Positions 41,395 to 52,284 are shown, numbered from the stretch's first letter. The stretch: DNA of 64,000 nucleotides from an uncultured Spirochaetota bacterium (GCA_963734545.1 CAVTHO010000007.1:32001-96000); one strand, 5' to 3'. Numbers and translations are program-made. The notes: generated from the sequence alone by a model not told the origin.

Positions 41395-41428
41395 TTCCAA
41401 AACATGCACACGTGTGCATGTTTTGGAA
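41395..41428. promoter_or_regulatory. Perfect 34-bp palindrome, LacI-type operator
   Basis: TTCCAAAACATGCACAC|GTGTGCATGTTTTGGAA, between the minus-strand TTGACT-17-TAGTTT promoter and the lacI ATG. Confidence 0.75.
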
Positions 41429-41630
41429 ACTACTGCGTATTTTCCATGAAGTCAAATCCTTTCTTGGAGAGAGCTCTACGACGCAGGTCATTTATCGAGG
41501 AGCCGACCGCGCTGTCGACGATTGACCGTTCTTGCTCTGTGCTTCATGCCGTCCGGGGCTGCTTGACATATGCTCATTTAGTTGGTAGAAATAACATCGT
41601 TAACTAAAAAAGCAGTGTTATGGAGTACCC

Positions 41631-42251
41631 ATGGGAATTCCTGAACGGAAGAAACGTGCAAGGGAGGATCTTCGGCAGAAGATCCTCGAAACCGCGGAGG
41701 CGTTGTTCGTCAAAGAGGGCTATGAATCCGTATCCATGCGCAAGATCGCGAGGCAGATCGAGTACTCACCCACGACTATCTACCATTATTTCAAGGACAA
41801 GGGTGAGCTCTTCTTTTTCCTGCTGGAAAGCTACCACGGACAACTCCTGTCCCGCATGGAGGAAATATACCTCCGGGAGAACGATCCGATTGTGACGGTG
41901 AAAGAGGGAATGCGCGCATACACCGAGTTTGGGCTCGCGAACCCCTCCTACTACAAGCTCGCCTTCATGAGCCCGCCGGAGTTCAGGGCGGATTCCTACA
42001 TGGTCGAAGGCTCGAAGGGGACAGTGCTTTTTGTGAAACTGCGCGCCTCGGTTGACCTCTGCATCCGGCAGGGGCTTTTCGCGCCGATGCAGGCCGATCT
42101 TGCCGCCCAGGTGGTCTGGATGATGAATCACGGCGTCACCTCGCTGCTCTTGAGCAATCCCAACTTCCCCTGGGCGGATCGGAATGCGCTTGTCGAGCGC
42201 GTGATCGACACCACGATAGACGGCCTGCGGGCCGGGCGCGGAGGACAATGA
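41631..42251 (+). CDS. TetR/AcrR-family regulator
   Basis: ILETAEALF..EGYESVSMRKIA...YSPTTIYHYFKDK; upstream TTGACA-17-TAGAAA and TAACATCGTTA palindrome (41592-41602). Confidence 0.95.
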   Translation: MGIPERKKRAREDLRQKILETAEALFVKEGYESVSMRKIARQIEYSPTTIYHYFKDKGELFFFLLESYHGQLLSRMEEIYLRENDPIVTVKEGMRAYTEFGLANPSYYKLAFMSPPEFRADSYMVEGSKGTVLFVKLRASVDLCIRQGLFAPMQADLAAQVVWMMNHGVTSLLLSNPNFPWADRNALVERVIDTTIDGLRAGRGGQ

Positions 42252-43549
42252 TGGACGGGCACGCCACGGGGCATGACGGACTCCGCGCCAATCGGAACTT
42301 CCACAACTACTTTGCCGCACGGATCGTCTCCCAGCTCGGCGACCAGCTCTACGTCTTCGCCATCAGCTGGTTTGTGCTCGACATCACGAAGTCAAGCTTC
42401 CACATGGCCGCCCTTCTGGCGGTCAACTCGCTCGCGGTGATGGCGGTCGCGCCCTTCGGCGGACTTATCGCGGACAGGGTCAGCCGGAAATGGGTGATGG
42501 TGGGCACGGACATCGTCCAGGGAGTCGTCCTGCTGGCGATATTCCTGCTGCAGCAGGGGAATCTCCTGTCGATCGGGGTGCTCTACGCGGCAACCGCGCT
42601 GCTGGGCTTGTGCAGCGCCGTCTTCTCTCCGGCCGCCAGCGCAATCGTGCCGGGAATCGTCGGCGGCGCGCACGTGCCTGCCGCGGTCGCGGCTGGCCAG
42701 GCTGCCTCGAACTTCTGCACGATTGCCGGCATGCTGCTGGGCGGGGCGCTCTACAGGCTCGTCGGCATCTCGGGCATCCTGATGCTGAACGCAGTCACCA
42801 ACCTTGTCGCTGCCGCAATGGAGTCGCGCATCCATGTCGCGCAGGTGGTATCCCGCGCAGCGGGAGTGGGCGTGCGCGCATCAATGGAATTGAAACGGTT
42901 CGTCGGGGAGCTTCGAGGAGGGCTCCGCCAGGTGCGTGCGGACAGGACCGTCTTTTCCCTTCTCCTGGTCAACACCGCATTCACCCTTGCGGTTCTGCCC
43001 ATCGCAATGGTGTACCTGCCCTACCTTTTCAACGTGCTGCTCGGAGCGTCGCCTCTGCAGGCGGCTGTCCCCCAGGCGGCCACCTGGGCCGGTATTATCG
43101 CCGGCAGCATCGTTGCCGCGCGCCTGCTGCGCCGCCGCCGACCGGAGGCGCTCATTTCGGCAGGGCTGGGGACTCTGGGCGCCCATACCATCCTCATGAC
43201 GGGGCTTCTCGGAGTGAGCCACCTGTTGGGGGCCGCGTGGATGAGCGCCGCCTGCACCGTGGGCAACGCGATTGCGGGAGCAGCCGCGGCCTTCTTCGTC
43301 GTCCCCGTGTATGCGCTGTTCCACGCGCGGAGCCTCGATGAGTTCCGCGGCCGGTTCTGGGGCGTGGAGAGCTCCCTGCGCACCGCGGCGATGTGCGTCG
43401 GCTATTTCGCCGCCGGCATTCTGGCCCAAAGGCTGCCGCTCGGCTTCGTCTTTGCGGGAACGGCCGCGATGCTTCTCTTCCTGTTCGCATGGGTCGCGCG
43501 GCTGCGCCCGGCGCCTGCGGCTGTCGGGCTGGTGCCTCCTCCGTGCTGA
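42248..43549 (+). CDS. MFS transporter (macrolide-efflux/H+ antiporter-like)
   Basis: VSQLGDQLY, GGLIADRVSRK, FRGRFWG; about 12 TM helices. Confidence 0.9.
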   Translation: MMDGHATGHDGLRANRNFHNYFAARIVSQLGDQLYVFAISWFVLDITKSSFHMAALLAVNSLAVMAVAPFGGLIADRVSRKWVMVGTDIVQGVVLLAIFLLQQGNLLSIGVLYAATALLGLCSAVFSPAASAIVPGIVGGAHVPAAVAAGQAASNFCTIAGMLLGGALYRLVGISGILMLNAVTNLVAAAMESRIHVAQVVSRAAGVGVRASMELKRFVGELRGGLRQVRADRTVFSLLLVNTAFTLAVLPIAMVYLPYLFNVLLGASPLQAAVPQAATWAGIIAGSIVAARLLRRRRPEALISAGLGTLGAHTILMTGLLGVSHLLGAAWMSAACTVGNAIAGAAAAFFVVPVYALFHARSLDEFRGRFWGVESSLRTAAMCVGYFAAGILAQRLPLGFVFAGTAAMLLFLFAWVARLRPAPAAVGLVPPPC

Positions 43550-43671
43550 CCGGTCAGCGCTCCTCCCTGGACGCGATCCGGGCCTTCGCCTATGATCCCG
43601 ACGACGCCTGCATCGTTTGAGGGCCGGAGTGAAAATGGAAACTCGCTCCGGTCAGTGATCGGAGGGAAGCT

Positions 43672-44839
43672 GTGGACAGACTGGAAAGGCTCACTCCGCT
43701 GCTGGAAGAGTTCGTGGAAAAGGGGCCGCCCGGCTGCGCGTGCATCATCGTGCGCCGTGGGGGCGTGGTGTACGAAAAGTACATGGGCTATGCGGACCGG
43801 GAGAGAAAAAAGGAAATCTCTCCGGATACCATCTATCGGCTCTTTTCAAACAGCAAACCTGTCACGTGCGCAGCGGCATTGATTCTGTACGAGCGGGGTC
43901 TCTACCTCCTCAGTGATCCGGTCAGTGACTACCTCCCGGAGTTCAAGGACATGCAGGTCTACCGGTCCGTGCCCGACACGCCCTCTCAGGTTTCCCCCGC
44001 CAACGGACCGATCCGAATCGTGGACCTTTTCACCATGACGTCAGGATTGTGCTACCCGGGGGATTCGTCGGAAACAGCGCGCCGGACCCGGGACATCCTG
44101 CAGGACCTGGAACAGAAGGAACGAGACGGTTCGAAATTCGACATCCGGGCCATGTCCCGTGCGCTGGCGGGCATTCCGCTCGCTTTTGATCCGGGCGCCC
44201 GCTGGATGTATGGGACGAGTCATGACGTTCTGGGCGCGCTGATCGAGGTCCTGTCCGGCAAGACCCTCGGCAGATTCATGCAGGATGAGATCTTCGATCC
44301 CCTGGGCATGAAAGACACGTCCTTCCGGTTGCCCGAGGACAAGAGAGCAAGATTGTGCTGCCTGTACGATCTCTCTCCGGATGGCTCTCTGACGAAGAAC
44401 AGCAGCATGGACACCCATTACCGGCCGGATGCACTCCTGGAGACCGGCGGGGGCGGGCTGCTCTCTACGATAGGGGACCACAGCCGTTTCGCCCAGATGC
44501 TGGGATGCGGGGGATTCTTTCAATGGCGAGCAGATACTGGGGCGCAAAACGGTTCAGCTCATGTGTACAAACCATTTGAAACCCCACCAGCTCGCGGAGT
44601 ACAACTGGGACATCCTGGCAGGATACGGGTACGGGCTCGGCGTGCGGGTGATGATGGATCGGGCCGGTGGAGGGTCCAACGGATCCCCCGGAGAGTTCGG
44701 CTGGAGCGGATTGGCCGGCACGTGGGCACTTGTGGACCCCGCGGAAGAGCTGTCAGCCGTCTATGCGCAGCAGATGATACCGAATCTCGAAGCGCGTCAG
44801 ATGCCGCGACTCCGAAACGTCCTGTACGGGGCGCTCTGA
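43672..44839 (+). CDS. Serine hydrolase, beta-lactamase class C-like (frameshift at ~44518)
   Basis: FSNSKP (SxxK); FDPGARWMYG; C-terminus GEFGWSGLAGT is in the shifted frame. Confidence 0.85.
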
Positions 44840-44940
44840 TTCCCCGATAAAAAACGTTCTCCGCGGCCCGGTTGCATGCTATACTATCGCAGTCTTCTCG
44901 CCTGCCGCGCGGCAGCGGGGCAGAGCCAAGGAAAACGTGC

Positions 44941-46956
44941 ATGACCAGAGGTTCCGAGGAGGCGCTGACTCAACGAATTGCGGCCCTGGAGAGCGAGATC
45001 GCCCGGTTGCGGAGCGGCCGCGCACACGCAACCCTTGGCGAAATAATGGAAGCCCGGTCCTCCGCTATTCTGGAGATAGTCGGCAACAAGTCACCGAACG
45101 CCATATACGTCAAGGATGTGCAGGGCCGCTACGTGCTGGTGAACGACCAGTTCTGCCGCGTCGCCGGTCTGCCCCGGGAGTCGATTCTGGGCAAGTCCAT
45201 TGGGGACATCTTTTCCCGCCAGGTAGCCGAAGAGCACCGGGCCAATGACCGGCTCGTCATCGGCAGCGGGAAAACCATGTCTTTTGCCGAGTTCGCCGAC
45301 TTTCCGGACGGGCGTCACGAATATGAGTCGACCAAGTTCCCGATAGTAGATGAAACCGGAATGGTCGTCGCGGTGGGGGGCATCTCGACGGACATTACCG
45401 CGCAGAAGGATGCGGAGACCTCCCTGCGGGAGAGCGAGGAGAAGTTCCGTCTTGCCTTCTATTCCAATCCCCTGGCCATCAATCTCAACCGGCTCAGCGA
45501 CGGCGTCTACATCGACATCAATGAGGGATTCACGCGCCTCATGGGGTACAGCCAGGAGGAGGTCATCGGAAAGTCGTCTCTCGATCTCGGCATCTGGGTG
45601 GATGAAGCCGACCGCGAAAGGATGGTCCGCGAGTTCGCCGCATCCGGCAGGGTGGAGAACCTTCGCGCAAAGTTCAGGCGCAAGAGCGGGGAGATCGGGA
45701 TCGGCGTCATGTCAGCGCGGACCCTGCGCATCGCCGGTGAGACGGTGGTGTTGTCCCTCACGGCGGACGTCACCGCGGAGTCGGAGCTGGAGGAGCGGTA
45801 CCGGCAGGCCCAGAAGATGGAGGCCGTCGGGCGGCTTGCAGGCGGTGTGGCCCATGATTTCAACAACCTTCTGATTCCCATCCTCAGCTACGCGGAGATG
45901 CTGGGGGAGACGCTGGACCAGGGTGATGAACGGCGTGGCATGACGGAGGAGATCCTGAAAGCAGGACAGCGCGCGGCGAACCTGGCCAGGCAGATTCTCG
46001 CCTTCAGCCGGAAGCAGGTCCTGGACATGAGGCCCCTGGACTTGAACGCGCTCATTCAGGATTTCCAGACGATGATTGTCCGGCTCCTGGCGGAGAACAT
46101 CGAAGTCCGTCTGGAGCTCTCGCCGGAGGTCGGCTGCGTGCGCGCGGACAGCATGCAGATCGAGCAGGTCCTCATGAATCTCGCGGTCAATGCGGGAGAC
46201 GCGATGCCCGACGGAGGCGTGCTGGCCATCACGACCTTTGTGGGAGCCCTGGATGAACCGGCCAGGGGGAAGTTCGCCGACGAGCCGCTGCCGGGGCGGT
46301 ACGCCGTCATGGCCGTGCGTGATACCGGTGAGGGCATGGCGGCCGAGACCCTCGCACACATCTTCGAGCCTTTCTTCACGACAAAGGAGGAGGGAAAAGG
46401 CACGGGGCTGGGCCTGGCAACCGTTTTCGGGATCGTCAAGCAGCACCAGGGGCATATCGAGGTCTCCAGCCGTCCCGGCGCGGGGACCACCTTCAAAGTC
46501 TACCTGCCGCTCTGCGCGGAGACGGAGTCCGCTCGCCCGCGGATCCCGGAGCGAGCCCCTTCTCTCAAGGGCAGTGAGATCGTGCTCATCGTGGAGGATG
46601 AACCGGCGGTTCGCAAGCTGGTGTGCGGCGCGCTGGAAAGAAACGGCTACGTCGTGATGGCTGCCGGGAACGCGGACGAGGCCCTGCGCCTGAGCAGGGA
46701 ATGGGACCCGTCCACGGTTCCCCATCTTCTCCTCACTGACCTGATCATGCCCGGCACGAATGGCCGCGAGCTGCACGCGGAGATGAGCGCGCGATTCCCC
46801 TCCCTCCGCGCCATCTTCATGTCGGGGTATACCGACGAGGTGATTGTCCGGCACGGGCTTCATGAAGAGGGCGTCGCCCTGCTGCTGAAGCCTTTCACGA
46901 TCCATGACCTGCTCGCCAGAGTGCGCGCGACACTGGACGGGCAGGGGACACGCTGA
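44941..46956 (+). CDS. Hybrid PAS-PAS histidine kinase/response regulator
   Basis: Two PAS domains; [11 protein letters not shown]-box; [13 protein letters not shown]; receiver LLLTDLIMP...KPF. Confidence 0.93.
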   Translation: MTRGSEEALTQRIAALESEIARLRSGRAHATLGEIMEARSSAILEIVGNKSPNAIYVKDVQGRYVLVNDQFCRVAGLPRESILGKSIGDIFSRQVAEEHRANDRLVIGSGKTMSFAEFADFPDGRHEYESTKFPIVDETGMVVAVGGISTDITAQKDAETSLRESEEKFRLAFYSNPLAINLNRLSDGVYIDINEGFTRLMGYSQEEVIGKSSLDLGIWVDEADRERMVREFAASGRVENLRAKFRRKSGEIGIGVMSARTLRIAGETVVLSLTADVTAESELEERYRQAQKMEAVGRLAGGVAHDFNNLLIPILSYAEMLGETLDQGDERRGMTEEILKAGQRAANLARQILAFSRKQVLDMRPLDLNALIQDFQTMIVRLLAENIEVRLELSPEVGCVRADSMQIEQVLMNLAVNAGDAMPDGGVLAITTFVGALDEPARGKFADEPLPGRYAVMAVRDTGEGMAAETLAHIFEPFFTTKEEGKGTGLGLATVFGIVKQHQGHIEVSSRPGAGTTFKVYLPLCAETESARPRIPERAPSLKGSEIVLIVEDEPAVRKLVCGALERNGYVVMAAGNADEALRLSREWDPSTVPHLLLTDLIMPGTNGRELHAEMSARFPSLRAIFMSGYTDEVIVRHGLHEEGVALLLKPFTIHDLLARVRATLDGQGTR

Positions 46957-47024
46957 GCGGCCACCGCCTGCCTGATCATTCGACCAAAACCCTCCCGGCG
47001 GGTATACTGCGCGCGGGTAAATGC

Positions 47025-48605
47025 ATGAAGAACAAGCGTCCCGTCACCGTCCCCCCGGCTCCCTCCGCGCAGGCCGCACCCTCCCGTGGGCTTCGCGGAT
47101 ACCTCCTGTTCACCGCGTGCATCGCGGGCGCCGCGATCATGATCGTGGAGATTCTCGGCGCGCGGATGCTTGCCCCGTATTTCGGCACGTCCCACTTCGT
47201 ATGGACGGCGCAGATCGCCGTGACCCTGGCGGCGCTCGCCCTGGGCTACTACGCAGGGGGACGCCTCGTGGACCGATCCGCCCGGCTGGGCAGGCTCTAC
47301 CTTGCCATCCTGACGGCCGCGGTCGCGCTGGTGGCGACCGTTGCCGTGCGCCAGTGGCTGGCTTACCAGCTTCTCCCTCTGCCCCTTCCCGCGGGATCCC
47401 TGCTCGCTGCCGTGTGCCTTTTTTTCATCCCGCTGTTTCTGCTGGCCATGACGGGGCCGTTCCTCGTGCGCGTCGTGGCACAGTCCCTCTCCGTTGTCGG
47501 CGGAACGGTCGGCCGCATTTCATCCATCAGCACGCTGGGGAGCTTCATCGGAACCGCGGCAATCGGATACCTGCTGATCCCGCTCGTCCCCAACTCCTCG
47601 ACCATGTACGGCACTGCCGCGATGCTGGCCCTGGTAGCGGGCATCTATTTCCTGATCTGGGGACGCACGCGGCGTGCCCTGGCGGGCGTTGTCCTGTGCC
47701 TCGTTGCCGGAGCGGGCCTCGGGTGGTATGGGTTGAGCGTGGATGGCCCCCGGCTGCCTGCCGGTGAGGAGCTTTACCGGGGCAATTCGAGCTTCGGCAT
47801 GATCCAGGTCCTGCAGACCCGGCAGCCCCCGCATCGCTACTACCTGACGGACTACCTCATTCAGAACGTCTACGATGCGACCCTCGGCACGAGCACCGTC
47901 ATGTTCACCTACATGCTGGAGGACCTGGCGCGTGCCTACACGCCGCGGCTGGACGATGTGCTGTGCATCGGCATGGGAATCGGCATCGTGCCCCGGGAGC
48001 TTGCGGCGGGCGGATCACGCGTCGAGGTGGTGGAGATCAACCCCGCGGTGGTGAACGTGGCGCGCGCGTGGTTCGGCCTGGACACCGGCGCGTTCACTCT
48101 CACGATCGGCGACGGCCGATGGTTTCTGAACAGGACCCGCTCGAAGTACGACGCGGTGATCCTCGATGCCTTTGTGGGAGACGGAAGCCCGTCGCACCTC
48201 ATGAGCCGCGAGGCTTTCGAGGCCGTGCGCCGCGTCCTCAAGCCGGAGGGCGCTCTGGTCATCAACACATTTGCGGACTTCGACTCACCCGGAGACTACA
48301 TGGGAGCGTCGCTGTACAAGACCCTTTCCGCGGTCTTTCCCAGCGTGCGCATCCATGGCGCGCGCGGTGCCAACACGCTGTTCGTCGCCTCCCTTCGTTC
48401 CCCGCTCACCGTCCTGCACGAGCCGGACTACGGCCGCGTGCATCCTGACGCCCTCCACGACGTGCGCTCCGCATTTGCACGGACGCTGGAGCCGGATCTC
48501 GGCACCGGGATCGTGCTGACCGATGACTACAATCCCGTGGAGTACTACGACGCGGCCAACCGGGAGAAGCTCCGGAGGATGCTCGCCATCTCCATGAGGA
48601 AATAG
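47025..48605 (+). CDS. Fused membrane domain/spermidine synthase-like protein
   Basis: N-terminal TM domain (EILGARMLAPYFGTS); LCIGMGIG, VEINP, GDGR, ILDAF, LTDDYNP. Confidence 0.85.
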   Translation: MKNKRPVTVPPAPSAQAAPSRGLRGYLLFTACIAGAAIMIVEILGARMLAPYFGTSHFVWTAQIAVTLAALALGYYAGGRLVDRSARLGRLYLAILTAAVALVATVAVRQWLAYQLLPLPLPAGSLLAAVCLFFIPLFLLAMTGPFLVRVVAQSLSVVGGTVGRISSISTLGSFIGTAAIGYLLIPLVPNSSTMYGTAAMLALVAGIYFLIWGRTRRALAGVVLCLVAGAGLGWYGLSVDGPRLPAGEELYRGNSSFGMIQVLQTRQPPHRYYLTDYLIQNVYDATLGTSTVMFTYMLEDLARAYTPRLDDVLCIGMGIGIVPRELAAGGSRVEVVEINPAVVNVARAWFGLDTGAFTLTIGDGRWFLNRTRSKYDAVILDAFVGDGSPSHLMSREAFEAVRRVLKPEGALVINTFADFDSPGDYMGASLYKTLSAVFPSVRIHGARGANTLFVASLRSPLTVLHEPDYGRVHPDALHDVRSAFARTLEPDLGTGIVLTDDYNPVEYYDAANREKLRRMLAISMRK

Positions 48606-48616
48606 ACGACCGGGCG

Positions 48617-49651
48617 TCAGCGAACCTCCGTTCCGTCGGGCTGGGGAGCGCCGAAGACCGGGTTCCCGTCCGCGTCCCAGCCGAACCGCTGGACCCGCGT
48701 GTCCCGATTCGGATCCAGGATGGCGGGGGTCCTCACCCTTTCGCTCGACCGGGCATGGTAGACGAGGTAATCCACGCTGCCATCCGGCGAGGTCGTGAAG
48801 CTGTTGTGCCCCGGCCCCCATATGTGTGCCTCCGGGTTGCTGTCGAAAACGGGTCTTTGGCTCTTGGTCCAGGAGGAAGGCTCGAGGAGGTTCGAGTCGG
48901 CCGATGCGGTCAGCATTCCCATGCAGTAGGTCGCGTCGACATAGTTGGCCGAATAGGACAGAAAGAGCTTTCCGTTGCGCTGAAGAACGGACGGGCCTTC
49001 GTTTGTGCGGCGCATCCTCAGTTCCCATCCCCGGTCAGCCGTCGATATCATCACCTGCCGGCCCTCGATGGTCCATGGGTTCGACAAAGGCGCGATATAG
49101 AGATCGAGAGGGCCGTTCATGTCCAAGGTTCGACGCTGTGCCCAGACGAGGTACCTGACCCCGTCGCTGGCGAACGTCGTGGCATCCAGTGAGATCGTGT
49201 CCCACTCCGTCCGGATCTTTCCCCGTTCAGTCCAGGTGCCCTCCAGGGGATCCGCGGATCGGTTTTCCAGCACATAGAGACGCACATCATAGGGGGAGGA
49301 GGCTGAGCCGGCGGCGAAATAGATGTACCAGACGCCGTCGATGAAGTGGAGCTCCGGCGCCCAGATATTGGCGGCCATGTCGCCGCGCAAATGCCTTTTC
49401 CAGACTGTGACGGGCTGCGCGGCGGCGAGTCCCCCGATGGTGGCGCTCTTCCGAAGGTCGATCCTGTCGTATTCAGGAACCGTCGCGCTGAAATAGTAGA
49501 AGCCATCCGAATGCAGGTATATCCATGGGTCCGCATGACGGGGGAGCAGCGGGTTCACAAAGGGTGTTCCAGGCTCCGCATGCAGCCGGGCAACCGACAT
49601 GACCCCGCAGGCGAGGAACATGACCAGCATGATTTGCTTTGATATGCGCAC
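48617..49651 (-). CDS. Secreted GH43 arabinofuranosidase/xylosidase
   Basis: HADPWI, IWAPELH, SLDAT, NEGP, GPGHNSF. Confidence 0.92.
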   Translation of the reverse strand: MRISKQIMLVMFLACGVMSVARLHAEPGTPFVNPLLPRHADPWIYLHSDGFYYFSATVPEYDRIDLRKSATIGGLAAAQPVTVWKRHLRGDMAANIWAPELHFIDGVWYIYFAAGSASSPYDVRLYVLENRSADPLEGTWTERGKIRTEWDTISLDATTFASDGVRYLVWAQRRTLDMNGPLDLYIAPLSNPWTIEGRQVMISTADRGWELRMRRTNEGPSVLQRNGKLFLSYSANYVDATYCMGMLTASADSNLLEPSSWTKSQRPVFDSNPEAHIWGPGHNSFTTSPDGSVDYLVYHARSSERVRTPAILDPNRDTRVQRFGWDADGNPVFGAPQPDGTEVR

Positions 49652-49937
49652 AGCAGAGCTCCTTTCTCAATCAACAGTCTTTCTGGTGCCGCATGCATCG
49701 TAAGCGCGTCGCAGGGCGGCGTCTTTGGACAGGACGGCTTTTTTGTGCACGAAACGATGCTTTGCACAGTAACTGTTCCAGGGTGTTCCAGAGCCATGCG
49801 CTTTGCTCGATTTTGAGACACTTTGCGTGTGCTTCATATCGGCCTCCAGCCGAAACTCTCCGCGAAGATTTTCAGCAAATATCGATGCTATATGAAATAG
49901 GGCCAATTCCTCTGAAAAAAGCCTTTGACATGGCTAT

Positions 49938-49953
49938 TGGCATGCGAGTTGCA
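49938..49953 (+). promoter_or_regulatory. Sigma54 promoter of the ankyrin gene
   Basis: TGGCAT-GCGAG-TTGCA, near consensus; candidate enhancer TGCTCGATTTTGAGACA at ~49804-49820. Confidence 0.65.
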
Positions 49954-49964
49954 TGACAATGGGC

Positions 49965-50525
49965 ATGCGTGCCAGCTTTCGAATGCATCATGCGCTCGTC
50001 CTGGCGTCGGTCCTGCTCCTGTTGCCGGTCCATTCTCATGGCCAGTCGATACTCGCCATCGCAAAGGCGGGCGGTGCGGATGAGGTCAGGAATGCGCTGG
50101 CAAAGGGGTCCCCCATCTGTGATCGCGATGAGCAGGGCGCGTCTCCCCTCCTCATCGCCGCCGCCTGCAATCCGGATCCGGATGTGATCAGAGTGCTCGT
50201 GGCAGCCGGCGCCAGGCTCGACGAGCGCGACCAGTATGACATGACTTCTCTCATGCGGGCTGCGGCGTCGAACCCCAATCCAGATGTCCTTGTCGCGCTC
50301 ATCGAGGCCGGTGCGTGCGTCAACGACAGGGACCAGTTCGGGCTCACGCCGCTCATCTACGCGGCGGGGACGAACAATCGACCTGAGATCGTCAAGCTGC
50401 TGATCTCCGCCGGCGCCGATGTAAGGTACAAAGACGAGTTCGGCATGACGGCGTTCGACTATCTCCGCCAGAATGTGAAATTGAGAACCACCGCAGCCTA
50501 CTTCTACCTGAGGAACGCTCAATAA
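49965..50525 (+). CDS. Secreted ankyrin-repeat protein
   Basis: Signal peptide; repeats GASPLLIAA, DMTSLMRAA, GLTPLIYAA, GMTAFDY. Start placed after the promoter (49965 or 49983). Confidence 0.85.
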   Translation: MRASFRMHHALVLASVLLLLPVHSHGQSILAIAKAGGADEVRNALAKGSPICDRDEQGASPLLIAAACNPDPDVIRVLVAAGARLDERDQYDMTSLMRAAASNPNPDVLVALIEAGACVNDRDQFGLTPLIYAAGTNNRPEIVKLLISAGADVRYKDEFGMTAFDYLRQNVKLRTTAAYFYLRNAQ

Positions 50526-50605
50526 CGAGGGATGCGGCAATGAGACGCCGCCTCACGGCACATGACGCCACGGCACATGAGGCAGTATCAGGTCCTGATT
50601 CGGCC

Positions 50606-51187
50606 CTATCGAGCCTTGCCTGCCGCTGTGGCCTCAGGTACTTCCTTCAATCGACCCGTCTTCACGTCGTACACGTATCCGTAGATCGGGATGTCGGCGG
50701 GAACAAGCGGATGACTGCGAATACGCGTGACGTCAGAGAGAACACTCTGCGACTGCTCCTTTATCGTCAGCCAGTCGACAAACTGGCCTTCCGCTGATCC
50801 AGGGCCAGGACCCTTGTCGGTCCACGCCTTGCCGTCGAACGCCGCGGTCTTCAGGCTCCGGGCGAGGAGGTCGCGCATGATTTCATCGGTGAATGTCTCC
50901 ATACCGCACTCCGAGTGGTGAATGACGAACCATTCCCGGGTGCCCAGGAGCTTGTAGGAGATGACGAGCGACCGGATTGCATCATCGCTGGCGCGGCCTC
51001 CTGCGTTCCGGATGATATGGGCGTCCCCCTCGGCAAGCCCCGCGTACCTGGCCGGATCCAGCCTCGCGTCCATGCAGGTCAGGATCGCGAATTTGCGGGC
51101 CGGCGGCATGGCGAGCGTGCCTTTGTTTCCGAAGCTATCTGCATAGCGGACGTTCGCCGCCAGAACCTCATCTCGAACAGCACTCAA
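50606..51187 (-). CDS. Beta-carbonic anhydrase, clade D-like
   Basis: [33 protein letters not shown]; AGGAGG RBS before the TTG start. Confidence 0.9.
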   Translation of the reverse strand: MSAVRDEVLAANVRYADSFGNKGTLAMPPARKFAILTCMDARLDPARYAGLAEGDAHIIRNAGGRASDDAIRSLVISYKLLGTREWFVIHHSECGMETFTDEIMRDLLARSLKTAAFDGKAWTDKGPGPGSAEGQFVDWLTIKEQSQSVLSDVTRIRSHPLVPADIPIYGYVYDVKTGRLKEVPEATAAGKAR

Positions 51188-51218
51188 AGTGACCCTCCTT
51201 GTATTGAAGTGTTTGATA

Positions 51219-51269
51219 AGCTTACAAAGGGGAATCACGATTGTCAAGTAATCATATTGAATTACTTGA
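51219..51269 (-). promoter_or_regulatory. Sigma70 promoter of the CA gene with inverted repeat over the -35
   Basis: TTGACA-17-TAAGCT on the minus strand; TCAAGTAAT-N8-ATTACTTGA at 51244-51269. Confidence 0.55.
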
Positions 51270-51292
51270 GTTACTCAGGGCCGACGACTTTC

Positions 51293-52156
51293 TCAGCTCC
51301 GCTTTTCTGCGAGAGGTTTCAGGTATTCGACGCTCATACGCACAAGCTCTTCCTCAGGGGTGTGGATCCACTCGCGCGAGGGATCATGGATCTCGATGCA
51401 CAACAAGCCGGCATAGCCCGTCGCGCGCAGGTGGTCCAGGATCGCCGGCACGTTCACCAGACCTTTGCCGGTCGGCGTGCAGGAGAAGGTCGGGCCCGCT
51501 GTCAGCGCGCTCTGCTCGATCACGAGGTCCTTGATGTGGGTGGCTGCCACGAAGGGCGCGAGTTTCCGGGCGCCTTCGACCGGATCATCGCCGACCGCCA
51601 GGAGGTTGCCGGTGTCCAGCGTCACCTTCAGATTCGCAGAGTCCATGCGCTCGAGCAGGCGGAGCATGGCGTCCGCGTTGAAATCTCCATGGTTCTCGAT
51701 TGCCAGCACGACGCCCTGATCTTCTGCCGCGCGAAGCGCCTCACGGAGCACAGGATCCAGGTTCCGGGCGAACTCCGCCTCGAGCTCCTTGGAGTAGCGC
51801 GAGCCTGAAGCGGTAATGCGCAACGTGCGGCAGTTCAGCTCGAGCGCGGAAGGGATGTGGCGCTTGAGATCCTCCAGGGCCGCCCGGCTGGTGCCTCGCT
51901 CCAGGCCGATGGGGTGGCCCCAGGCAAGGACTCGCTCGAGCCCCGCATCGTCCAGCGCGGACCGAAGCTCGACGAGAAAGGGCTTGTCCAGCGCGGGCAT
52001 GTAGCAGGTTTCGAGTGAGAGCCCTTCAGCGCCGACCTTCCGGGCAAATGCAATGAGGTCGAAGGCGGTCCAGCGCGTGCCGGGATCAAGCTCCCTCCCC
52101 GTGTGGATCTCGCCGAAGTACCTGTGGAAGCAATAGCTGTCAATGCCGACCTTCAT
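51293..52156 (-). CDS. Sugar phosphate isomerase/epimerase (xylose-isomerase-like TIM barrel)
   Basis: LAIENHGD, LDTGN, THIKD and CIE metal motifs. Confidence 0.85.
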   Translation of the reverse strand: MKVGIDSYCFHRYFGEIHTGRELDPGTRWTAFDLIAFARKVGAEGLSLETCYMPALDKPFLVELRSALDDAGLERVLAWGHPIGLERGTSRAALEDLKRHIPSALELNCRTLRITASGSRYSKELEAEFARNLDPVLREALRAAEDQGVVLAIENHGDFNADAMLRLLERMDSANLKVTLDTGNLLAVGDDPVEGARKLAPFVAATHIKDLVIEQSALTAGPTFSCTPTGKGLVNVPAILDHLRATGYAGLLCIEIHDPSREWIHTPEEELVRMSVEYLKPLAEKRS

Positions 52157-52284
52157 GATGGTCCTCCGTGGCAGAGAATACCGAATGCACAAAATGACCG
52201 CAATGGAAATCCCGTGAAATGGGGCTACACTTGAAGTGCGCCCAATCTAGATAACGGTGGTCGTCTGTGGCAAGGAGGGAAGGC

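Noticed and set aside
41592-41602. TAACATCGTTA as a second copy of the imuA SOS-box candidate
   Set aside because: The spacer is 3 bp rather than 4, and it sits in the tetR promoter, so TetR autoregulation is the simpler explanation.
50554-50580. Tandem direct repeat CACGGCACATGA x2
   Set aside because: Only two 12-bp units with 3-bp spacing; not a CRISPR array, and no cas genes are present.
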